From Acaryochloris thomasi RCC1774 (lineage in GTDB: Bacteria; Cyanobacteriota; Cyanobacteriia; Thermosynechococcales; Thermosynechococcaceae): 32,000 bases of DNA. Both the position numbers and the translations under genes were made by a program. Within the stretch, counting starts at the first letter, position 1. Each line of letters opens with the position of its first letter. The stretch is from NCBI RefSeq assembly GCF_003231495.1, contig NZ_PQWO01000025.1, positions 22,320-54,319 on the forward strand. Reading direction: 5' to 3'. The notes under the pieces were generated by a model. It searched no databases and was not told the DNA's origin. It saw nothing but the letters and a program-made list of their open reading frames with translations. Shown here in pieces: positions 19,088 through 26,671 of this stretch.

Positions 19088-19171
19088 TTTAGTGGCCTAC
19101 AACAAAAGTAGATGGAGTTAAGTAGAACTCTCCATCTCTGACAGGACCTAATTGATAGAGGAACCTAGATC

Positions 19172-21628
19172 ATGGCGCAAGCAACTCAACAATTCCAGCA
19201 GACCCAAAGCTCTAAAACCCATGAACTATTGATGTGGTTTGATGAAGTCGGAATTGATGACGTTCCTCTCGTGGGAGGAAAGAATGCATCTCTCGGTGAG
19301 ATGATTCAGCAGCTTTCTCAGAAAGGTATAAAAGTTCCCGCAGGATTTGCCACAACAGCCTTTGCTTATCGGTCCTTCATTCAGCTGGCAGGGCTAGAGC
19401 CTCAACTGCGTGAGATATTCGCCGATCTTGATGTCGAAAATGTTAGGAGTCTGAGAAGAGCGGGGCAACAGGCTCGAACGCTCATTCTGAATACGCCTTT
19501 CCCTGAGGATTTGAAAGGGGTCATTACTCAGGCTTACTTAGCATTATGCGATCGCTGTGCCACAGGGCCTTATCTGAACGACGAGCTAGATGTCGCGGTG
19601 CGGTCTAGCGCCACGGCAGAAGATCTCCCCGACGCTAGTTTTGCCGGTCAACAGGAAACCTATCTCAACGTGCATGGCATTCATGGCGTCCTGGAAGCCT
19701 GCCATAAATGTTTTGCTTCTCTCTTCACTGATCGTGCCATCTCATACCGAACTACTAAAGGGTTTGACCACTTCAGCATTGCGCTCTCGGTAGGGGTGCA
19801 GCAGATGGTCCGCTCTGACCTCGCCACCGCTGGTGTGATGTTCTCTATCGATACCGAAACAGGGTTCAAGAATGCCGCTTTGATCACTGCAGCCTATGGT
19901 CTGGGGGAAAACGTCGTTCAAGGATCCGTCAACCCTGATGAGTATCTGGTGTTCAAGCCAACGCTGCTGAAGGGCTGCCAGCCCATCCTTGATAAGCGAT
20001 TGGGTAGCAAAGAAATCAAGATGGTCTACGACCTAGAGGGCAGTAAGCTCACTAAAAACGTGCTAGTTCCCGAGCATGATCGTCAAAACTTTGCCCTCAC
20101 CAACGATGAGATCCTCACCCTAGCCCGATGGGCTTGCATCATTGAAGATCATTACTCTGCTGTCCGGGGCGTCGATACCCCAATGGATATTGAGTGGGCA
20201 CAGGATGGTCACACTGGTGAACTATTCATCGTCCAAGCGCGACCGGAAACGGTGCAGTCTCAGAAGGCTGAGCATCTTTTAACTACCTATCGCTTGCTAG
20301 ATTCTGACGAGGTATTGGTCCAGGGTCGAGCTGTCGGAGCCAGAATCGGCGAAGGCAAAGTGCGGGTGATTGCCGATGCCAGCCAGATCGGTTTATTCAA
20401 GCCCGGGGAAGTTTTGGTGACTTCCCGAACTGATCCAGATTGGGAGCCGATTATGAAGCAGGCCGCTGCCATTGTTACCGATCAGGGGGGCCGTACCTGC
20501 CACGCTGCGATCATTGCCCGTGAGCTGGGCATTCCAGCCATTGTGGGCTGTAACCATGCGACCACAAAACTGTCTACGGGGCAGGTGGTCACGGTCTCCT
20601 GTGCTGAAGGTGAAGGCGGCAATGTCTATGCAGGGCAGTTGTCCTTTGAGAAGCAGGAAACACCGCTGGCCGATTTGCCCCGCACCCGGACTCAAATCTT
20701 GATGAATATAGCCAATCCGGAAACTGCCTTTGGGTTAGCGTCTATTCCCTGTGATGGCGTGGGTTTGGCCCGTCTAGAATTCATTATTGCCAATCAGATT
20801 AAGGTGCATCCGCTGGCATTGATTCACTTTGATCAGCTAGAGGATCCGCTGGTGAAGGATGAGATCGCAACCCTAACCACCCACTATCCCTACAAACCCG
20901 ACTTCTTCATGGATAAGCTGGCCCACGGCATCGGCACCATTGCGGCAGCCTTCTATCCGAAGCCCGTGATCGTGCGAATGTCGGATTTCAAAAGCAACGA
21001 GTACGCCAATCTTTTGGGCGGACAGCCGTTTGAGCCGCACGAAGAGAATCCCATGCTGGGCTGGCGAGGGGCCTCTCGATACTACGAAGGATCGTATCGG
21101 GACGCCTTTGAGCTAGAGTGCAGAGCCATCCGGCGTGTACGAGAGGACATGGGACTCACCAATGTAATTCCAATGATTCCGTTCTGTCGTACCCCAGATG
21201 AAGGCCAAAAAGTTCTCGAAGAAATGGCTCGGCACGGTCTCCAACGAGGTCAAGATGGCCTCCAGGTTTATGTGATGTGTGAGGTGCCCACTAACGTTAT
21301 TTTGGCTGACCAGTTTAGCGACATCTTTGATGGCTTCTCCATTGGCTCCAATGACCTGACCCAGCTCACCCTGGGACTTGATCGGGATTCGAGTTTAGTG
21401 GCCCGTCTTTTTGACGAACGCAATGAGGCCGTCAAAGAAATGATCCGTCAGGTGATTGCCAAGGCAAAAGCTAAGGGCCGCAAAGTGGGTATCTGTGGCC
21501 AAGCGCCCAGTGACTACCCAGAATTTGCTCAGTTCTTAGTGGAGCAGGGCATTGACTCCCTCAGTCTCAATGCTGATTCGGTCCTCAAAACCTTACTTGC
21601 TGTTGCAGAAGCAGAGGGACACCAGTGA
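19172..21628 (+). CDS. ppsA: phosphoenolpyruvate synthase (pyruvate, water dikinase)
   Basis: 818 aa. N-terminal ATP-grasp part (VGGKNASLGEM), phospho-His swivel domain (GGRTCHAAIIARELGIPA), and C-terminal PEP-utilising TIM barrel (GSNDLTQLTLG..., CGQAPSD). Confidence 0.93.
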   Translation: MAQATQQFQQTQSSKTHELLMWFDEVGIDDVPLVGGKNASLGEMIQQLSQKGIKVPAGFATTAFAYRSFIQLAGLEPQLREIFADLDVENVRSLRRAGQQARTLILNTPFPEDLKGVITQAYLALCDRCATGPYLNDELDVAVRSSATAEDLPDASFAGQQETYLNVHGIHGVLEACHKCFASLFTDRAISYRTTKGFDHFSIALSVGVQQMVRSDLATAGVMFSIDTETGFKNAALITAAYGLGENVVQGSVNPDEYLVFKPTLLKGCQPILDKRLGSKEIKMVYDLEGSKLTKNVLVPEHDRQNFALTNDEILTLARWACIIEDHYSAVRGVDTPMDIEWAQDGHTGELFIVQARPETVQSQKAEHLLTTYRLLDSDEVLVQGRAVGARIGEGKVRVIADASQIGLFKPGEVLVTSRTDPDWEPIMKQAAAIVTDQGGRTCHAAIIARELGIPAIVGCNHATTKLSTGQVVTVSCAEGEGGNVYAGQLSFEKQETPLADLPRTRTQILMNIANPETAFGLASIPCDGVGLARLEFIIANQIKVHPLALIHFDQLEDPLVKDEIATLTTHYPYKPDFFMDKLAHGIGTIAAAFYPKPVIVRMSDFKSNEYANLLGGQPFEPHEENPMLGWRGASRYYEGSYRDAFELECRAIRRVREDMGLTNVIPMIPFCRTPDEGQKVLEEMARHGLQRGQDGLQVYVMCEVPTNVILADQFSDIFDGFSIGSNDLTQLTLGLDRDSSLVARLFDERNEAVKEMIRQVIAKAKAKGRKVGICGQAPSDYPEFAQFLVEQGIDSLSLNADSVLKTLLAVAEAEGHQ
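19548..19555. repeat. HIP1 octamer GCGATCGC
   Basis: Perfect match read directly. Confidence 0.95.
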
Positions 21629-21686
21629 TGGATATCAAACAATTCTTTCAAATCATGATTCAGACTCAGGTCTATTGGAGGTTGGT

Positions 21687-22247
21687 ATGTTTCACAAAAT
21701 TTTAGTTGCGATGGATAGCTCTAAAACAGGCGACGAGATCTTTGACTATGCTCTAGCGTTAGCCCAACCTCTTAAAGCCGATCTAATGTTGCTACATGTG
21801 TTGTCGAGTGACGAGGTCGGTGCCCCAGATATGCCGCTAGCTCTTCCTGGCCCCTACTACTATCCAGGACTTTCAGATCTTCCCCTTCAGACCTATCGAG
21901 AAACTTGGGAGAAACTGGAAGCCCAGGGGATAGGACGTCTTCAGAGCTGTGAAAAGCAGGCCAAGCTGCATGGCGTATCGACAGAATATACACAAACCTC
22001 TGGCAGTCCTGGACGAACTATTTGCGACTTAGCCCAAAACTGGGGAGCCGATCTCATTCTGATGGGGTGTCGTGGGCGGGCAGGATTAAGTCAACTCATC
22101 CTCGGTAGTGTGAGTAATTACGTGATGCACCATGCCCCCTGCTCTGTTGTAGTTGTCAAGGCACCCGTTCATACTTTTTCACCGTTAGATCATACTCCTG
22201 AAACCTCTGTACATCTGACTGAATCTCGATTAGCGGGGTGGCAATAA
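21687..22247 (+). CDS. universal stress protein (UspA family), paralog 1 of 5
   Basis: MFHKILVAMDSS start and C-terminal GCRGRAGLSQLILGSVSNYVMHHAPCSVVVV (ATP motif G-2x-G-9x-G-S intact). ATG 21687 has a GGAGG SD. The longer track ORF from 21552 overlaps ppsA and is rejected. Confidence 0.88.
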   Translation: MFHKILVAMDSSKTGDEIFDYALALAQPLKADLMLLHVLSSDEVGAPDMPLALPGPYYYPGLSDLPLQTYRETWEKLEAQGIGRLQSCEKQAKLHGVSTEYTQTSGSPGRTICDLAQNWGADLILMGCRGRAGLSQLILGSVSNYVMHHAPCSVVVVKAPVHTFSPLDHTPETSVHLTESRLAGWQ

Positions 22248-22771
22248 TGTATCAAACTATTCTGGCCGCAGTGGACTTATCAGAATTGAGCTTGGCGGTG
22301 TTTAAGCAAGCGCTCCAGCTCACTAAGTTCTGTGGCGCAAAGCTCATCCTGCTTCATGTTTTGTCCAGTGACGAAGAAGGTTTTCCGATCCTGGCGACCT
22401 TTCCTTATGATCACTTCGAACCAACCTTAGCAGAAGGCTATCTCGAAAGTTGGCGACAGCTTGAGCAGAAGGGACTGCAACATTTGAAAACCTTCGCAGA
22501 TCATGCTCAGCAAGAGGGAATAAAGATAGAGACCCTGCAGATGGCCGGTAATCCAGGACAAATCATTCGGGATCTGGCTCGTGACAGAGCAGTGAATTTA
22601 ATCATGATGGGCAACCGTGGTCGCTCCGGTCTGTCAGAACTCTTGCTAGGGAGTCAGAGCAACTATGTGATGCACCATGCTCCCTGTTCAGTGCAAGTGG
22701 TCAAGGTTCCTGTTCCTAAACTTGAACCACTTGTGGCTACAGCGAATCTTACTAAGAGTACAGGTAATTAG
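22247..22771 (+). CDS. universal stress protein, paralog 2 of 5
   Basis: MYQTILAAVD... [28 protein letters not shown]. The start ATG shares one base with the TAA stop of paralog 1 (TAATG). Confidence 0.88.
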   Translation: MYQTILAAVDLSELSLAVFKQALQLTKFCGAKLILLHVLSSDEEGFPILATFPYDHFEPTLAEGYLESWRQLEQKGLQHLKTFADHAQQEGIKIETLQMAGNPGQIIRDLARDRAVNLIMMGNRGRSGLSELLLGSQSNYVMHHAPCSVQVVKVPVPKLEPLVATANLTKSTGN

Positions 22772-22780
22772 GAGGTCATT

Positions 22781-23278
22781 ATGTATAAGAGCATTCTTGT
22801 TGCAATGGATGTTTTTGACTCAAGAACAACTGTCTTTGAGGAGGCACTTAAACTTGCCAGACTCAGTGGAGCCAAACTCGTATTACTGCATGCTCTTTCA
22901 AACGATGAAGTCGGTTATCCTAATGTGCCTCCTCTCGGCATTGATGAAGCCTACTATGAGCGCTGGCGCAGCTTTGTTAAGGAGGGATTGCTACACCTCA
23001 ATCGGTTCAAAGAGCAAGCTGAGACCGAAGACGTTGAGGCCGAGATGCTTCAGGAAATTGGTCGCCCAGGGCATGTGATTTGTGCTGTTGCCCAAGAACA
23101 GAACGTTGACCTAATCATCATTGGGAATCGTGGTCGCTCTGGTCTTTCGGAAGCTGTGCTGGGTAGCCAGAGTAATTACGTGATGCACCATGCCCCCTGT
23201 TCCGTCTTAGTTCATCGCTTAACGGAGGATCGTTCTCAGTCAAGTGATGACAAAGCACCTTTAGCTGAATCTGTGTGA
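22781..23278 (+). CDS. universal stress protein, paralog 3 of 5
   Basis: MYKSILVAMD... [28 protein letters not shown]. An AGGAGG SD lies upstream, with a 9-nt gap after paralog 2. Confidence 0.88.
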   Translation: MYKSILVAMDVFDSRTTVFEEALKLARLSGAKLVLLHALSNDEVGYPNVPPLGIDEAYYERWRSFVKEGLLHLNRFKEQAETEDVEAEMLQEIGRPGHVICAVAQEQNVDLIIIGNRGRSGLSEAVLGSQSNYVMHHAPCSVLVHRLTEDRSQSSDDKAPLAESV

Positions 23279-23291
23279 TCAGGAGGTTCTG

Positions 23292-23825
23292 ATGTTTAAC
23301 AAAATTCTAGTGGCATTAGATTACTCAGCATCCTGTGAACAAGTCTTTGAGCAGGGTTTGACCTTAGCAAAGATGATGCATGCACAGCTCATGTTGGTGC
23401 ATGTGGTTACCCCTCTAGAGGAAACATATCCGATCTCTACTCTCATGCCCAGTCTGTTAGATGACCCGGTAACCTCCCGCTTCGAAATCGCAAATGCCTA
23501 TATTAGAGAGCTTGAGGCTTTCGAGATGAAGGGGCTTGAGATGTTAAAGTCGCACGCTAATATCGCCACTGAGCAGGGGCTACAAGCAGGAGTTCAACAA
23601 CCCTCAGGGTATCCAGCTCGTAGCCTCTGTGATGTTGCTCGAACCTGGAATGCCGACGTGATTGTTATGGGGCGGCGGAGCCAAAACGTCTTGAGAAAAG
23701 CTTTGCTAGGCAGCATCAGCAACTACGTTACCCACCATGCACCCTGTTCCGTACTGATTGTTCATAACCAGGACAGTCCTGAATCGACTGTGCAACAGGA
23801 GACTGCTGACACCGCCAAGCCTTAA
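23292..23825 (+). CDS. universal stress protein, paralog 4 of 5 (degenerate nucleotide-binding motif)
   Basis: MFNKILVALD... GRRSQNVLRKALLGSISNYVTHHAPCSV. The second Gly of G-2x-G-9x-G(S/T) is replaced by Ser. An AGGAGG SD lies upstream. Confidence 0.85.
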   Translation: MFNKILVALDYSASCEQVFEQGLTLAKMMHAQLMLVHVVTPLEETYPISTLMPSLLDDPVTSRFEIANAYIRELEAFEMKGLEMLKSHANIATEQGLQAGVQQPSGYPARSLCDVARTWNADVIVMGRRSQNVLRKALLGSISNYVTHHAPCSVLIVHNQDSPESTVQQETADTAKP

Positions 23826-23849
23826 GTCTGAATCGTCAAGGTGAAAATC

Positions 23850-24377
23850 ATGTATCACAAAATTTTAGTCGCGATTGATGAAGCCACCATTAACCAAAAT
23901 ATTTTTAATGCAGCGCTGGCACTCGCGAAGACAATACCTGATGTCAAGCTTGTGCTCCTGCACGTTTTGTCTCCTGATCTGGTTAAAGTCCCGGCTCATG
24001 TCTCTGTCCCTGGTCCGTTCCAGCAGCCCAATCTAGACCCGTACCCCAGCCTGCGAGAGGATCTGTTGTTCAGTCACCAGCGACAGTGGAATGCCTATGA
24101 CAGTGATTGTCTTTCTCAACTGCGGTCCTATACAGCAGAGGCCATCAAAGCAGGGGTTACCACTGAATTTATGCAGCAACCGGGTGTTCCGGGGCCTGTG
24201 ATCTGTGATCTGGCGAAAGCTCTACCAGCGGATCTGATTTTAATCGGGAACCGAGGTCGTTCAGGTCTCAAAGAAGTTCTGCTCGGCAGTGTCAGCAGAT
24301 ATGTTTCAGACCATGCCCCCTGCTCCGTTATGGTCATTCGTGCTCAACCCAAGCCCCATGTCGCTGATGAAGCTTGA
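23850..24377 (+). CDS. universal stress protein, paralog 5 of 5
   Basis: [10 protein letters not shown]... [31 protein letters not shown] 23850 (the track start is GTG 23841). The 3' end overlaps the hoxE start. Confidence 0.88.
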   Translation: MYHKILVAIDEATINQNIFNAALALAKTIPDVKLVLLHVLSPDLVKVPAHVSVPGPFQQPNLDPYPSLREDLLFSHQRQWNAYDSDCLSQLRSYTAEAIKAGVTTEFMQQPGVPGPVICDLAKALPADLILIGNRGRSGLKEVLLGSVSRYVSDHAPCSVMVIRAQPKPHVADEA

Positions 24378-24900
24378 GCAAAGGATTCAAACAAGCAGGT
24401 CAAACCATCCTAGTGGTGATAAGCGTTTTAAAGTGCTAGAGGCCACCATGAAGCGGCATCAGTATCAACCTGACGCCCTAATTGAGGTTCTCCATAAAGC
24501 GCAGGAACTCTTTGGCTATCTAGAGCTAGATTTACTGCTGCACATTGCCCATAGCCTCAAGCTCCCCCCGAGCCACGTCTATGGTGTAGCGACCTTTTAT
24601 CACTTCTTTGCGCTCAAGCCTGCTGGGGCACATACCTGCGTTATTTGTATGGGCACTGCCTGCTATGTCAAAGGAGCCGCATCTCTTCTGAGCACCGTAG
24701 AACAGATGGCCCAAATTCAGGCTGGAGAAACTACCGCAGATGGTCAGCTTTCTCTCAGCACAGCCCGCTGCTTAGGGGCCTGTGGGAGCGCCCCCGCTGT
24801 CGTAATCGATGGCGATGTGATGGGGTATCAAACCCCAGAGACCCTGGGCGCACTACTCACTATCCACGTTCAGTCCCCAGGTGAGGAGGAGGCACAATAA
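24358..24900 (+). CDS. hoxE: bidirectional [NiFe]-hydrogenase diaphorase subunit HoxE (NuoE-like, [2Fe-2S])
   Basis: [33 protein letters not shown] and the thioredoxin-like 2Fe-2S cysteines (CVICMGTAC ... CLGACGSAP). The start is uncertain: ATG 24358 or 24367, with earlier in-frame ATGs at 24289, 24301 and 24313. All of them overlap usp5. Confidence 0.88.
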   Translation: MSLMKLEQRIQTSRSNHPSGDKRFKVLEATMKRHQYQPDALIEVLHKAQELFGYLELDLLLHIAHSLKLPPSHVYGVATFYHFFALKPAGAHTCVICMGTACYVKGAASLLSTVEQMAQIQAGETTADGQLSLSTARCLGACGSAPAVVIDGDVMGYQTPETLGALLTIHVQSPGEEEAQ

Positions 24901-26583
24901 ATGGATTTAAATGAGCTGCAGACCTTGACGAAGCAGGAAAAAAAGATCCTTGATACACCCTGCATTTGCTGCTGCACCGTGGGAGGCTGCCTCTCTACCA
25001 ATGCCCTTGAGGTTAAGAAACAACTGGAAAGCGAAATCGCAACCCAAAATCTCAAAGACCAGCTCAGCATCCGAGGCGTCGGCTGCATGGGCCTCTGCAG
25101 CCAAGGTCCCCTCGTCCGCCTAGACCCCGAAGGCATCCTCTACGATCACGTCACCCCTGACCAAGCCCCCCAACTCATCCAGGCCGCCCTCCACGCCACC
25201 TCTCCTCCCCATTCAAAACTCAAAACTTCTCCTACGAAGACGCTTCGCGAACAAAACTCAAAACCCAAAGCTCCCTCTCCCTACCAACCCCAACACCATC
25301 CCTTTTTCACCCACCAGCGCCCCATCGTCCTCGAAAACAGTGGTCGCATTAACCCAGAAAAAATCAAGGAATACATTGCCAATCGAGGATACTTCGCTCT
25401 CTACCGCGCCCTCTATGAGATGACGCCCGGCGAGGTGATCGATCAAATCACCCAAAGTGGCCTTCGGGGCCGAGGCGGAGGCGGCTACCCCACAGGCTTA
25501 AAGTGGTCCACCGTCGCCAAGATGCCAACCGGGCAAAAATACGTTATCTGTAATGGAGATGAAGGCGATCCAGGTGCTTTTATGGACCGCAGTGTCTTAG
25601 AAAGCGATCCGCATCGGGTGTTGGAAGGAATGGCGATCTCAGCCTATGCCGTGGGAGCTAACCAAGGCTACATCTACGTGCGCGGCGAGTATCCCCTTGC
25701 GATCAGTCATCTCCAGACTGCTATTCGTCAGGCCCGGCAGAAGGGACTATTGGGCAGTCAAATCTTCGAGTCTCCCTTTGACTTTCGGGTCGATATTCGC
25801 ATCGGTGCTGGAGCCTTTGTCTGTGGCGAAGAAACGGCCCTGATGGCCTCAATTGAAGGCAAGCGTGGTCTACCTCGCCCCCGTCCTCCCTATCCAGCCG
25901 AGTCAGGTCTGTGGGGATGTCCAACCCTAATAAACAATGTCGAAACCTTTGCCAACGTTGCCCCCATCATTCGCAAAGGTGCTGATTGGTTTGCGGGGAT
26001 TGGGACTGAGAACAGTAAGGGTACTAAGGTGTTTTCCCTGGCCGGAAAGATCAAAAATACTGGGTTAATTGAAGTCCCAATGGGCACTCCTCTGCGCCAG
26101 ATTGTTGAACAGATGGGGGGCGGTGTTCCCGATGGAGCGGTAAAAGCCGTACAAACGGGTGGTCCCTCTGGGGGCTGCATTCCCGCCGATGCCTTTGATA
26201 CGCTTGTGGACTATGAATCTTTAAAAGCTCTGGGGTCGATTATGGGGTCCGGCGGCATGATTGTCATGGATCAATCCACCAACATGGTGGACGTGGCCCG
26301 GTTCTTTATGGAGTTCTGTATGGATGAGTCCTGTGGCAAGTGCATTCCCTGTCGAGCCGGAACCGTGCAGCTTTATCAGTTGCTCACCAAGATCAGTGAA
26401 GGTAAAGCGCAGCAGGGGGATCTAGCTCAGCTTGAAGATCTTTGCGATGTAGTGAAACACACAAGCCTCTGCGGGCTGGGACAGTCAGCCCCTAATCCAG
26501 TTTTGAGTACATTACGATTTTTCAAAGATGAGTACTTAGCGCTCATGCAGGATGTCGTATCTGACCGTCAGAAGCCTCCGTAG
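24901..26583 (+). CDS. hoxF: bidirectional [NiFe]-hydrogenase diaphorase subunit HoxF (NuoF-like; FMN, NAD(P)H, Fe-S)
   Basis: N-terminal 2Fe-2S thioredoxin-like domain ([10 protein letters not shown]...[10 protein letters not shown]), FMN site [14 protein letters not shown] site [11 protein letters not shown], and 4Fe-4S ligands [10 protein letters not shown]...C. The ATG immediately follows the hoxE TAA. Confidence 0.93.
   Translation: MDLNELQTLTKQEKKILDTPCICCCTVGGCLSTNALEVKKQLESEIATQNLKDQLSIRGVGCMGLCSQGPLVRLDPEGILYDHVTPDQAPQLIQAALHATSPPHSKLKTSPTKTLREQNSKPKAPSPYQPQHHPFFTHQRPIVLENSGRINPEKIKEYIANRGYFALYRALYEMTPGEVIDQITQSGLRGRGGGGYPTGLKWSTVAKMPTGQKYVICNGDEGDPGAFMDRSVLESDPHRVLEGMAISAYAVGANQGYIYVRGEYPLAISHLQTAIRQARQKGLLGSQIFESPFDFRVDIRIGAGAFVCGEETALMASIEGKRGLPRPRPPYPAESGLWGCPTLINNVETFANVAPIIRKGADWFAGIGTENSKGTKVFSLAGKIKNTGLIEVPMGTPLRQIVEQMGGGVPDGAVKAVQTGGPSGGCIPADAFDTLVDYESLKALGSIMGSGGMIVMDQSTNMVDVARFFMEFCMDESCGKCIPCRAGTVQLYQLLTKISEGKAQQGDLAQLEDLCDVVKHTSLCGLGQSAPNPVLSTLRFFKDEYLALMQDVVSDRQKPP
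25211..25264. repeat. heptamer-family repeat segment inside hoxF: two CAAAACTCAAAAC copies flanking a small hairpin
   Basis: The 13-mers lie at 25214-25226 and 25252-25264. The 17-mer ATTCAAAACTCAAAACT at 25211-25227 is identical to 26641-26657. There is an internal CGAAG-ACG-CTTCG hairpin at 25235-25247. Confidence 0.85.
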
Positions 26584-26591
26584 GGGGAGAA

Positions 26592-26656
26592 GAGTTTTGA
26601 GTTTTAAGTTTTGAATTAATCTACTCATTCAAAACTCAACATTCAAAACTCAAAAC
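26592..26656 (+). terminator. long imperfect hairpin built from inverted TTTTGAG/CTCAAAA heptamer arrays, directly after the hoxF stop (putative terminator or RNA-stability element)
   Basis: AGTTTTGAAT (26607-26616) pairs perfectly with ATTCAAAACT (26627-26636) across a 10-nt loop. The outer GTTTTGAGTTTT pairs with AAAACTCAAAAC (26645-26656) across an internal bulge. No clean U-tract follows. Confidence 0.45.
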
Positions 26657-26671
26657 TGATTTAACTTTTCC

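Noticed and set aside
21552-21686. N-terminal extension of usp1 overlapping the end of ppsA
   Set aside because: All five paralogs begin M(F/Y)xxILVA. ATG 21687 has a GGAGG SD. The extension would overlap ppsA by 77 nt and adds non-homologous sequence.
22677-23078. 133-aa alternate-frame ORF across usp2/usp3, plus 24645-24884 within hoxE
   Set aside because: Out-of-frame overlaps of well-supported genes, with no motifs.
26592-26656. Possible CRISPR array or tRNA-like element, suggested by the repeated short units
   Set aside because: The units are 7 nt, contiguous and inverted, with no 25-40 nt repeats separated by unique spacers. No cas genes are in the window. I saw no cloverleaf or GTTCRANYC-type T-arm in any intergenic region, so I call no tRNA, rRNA or CRISPR.
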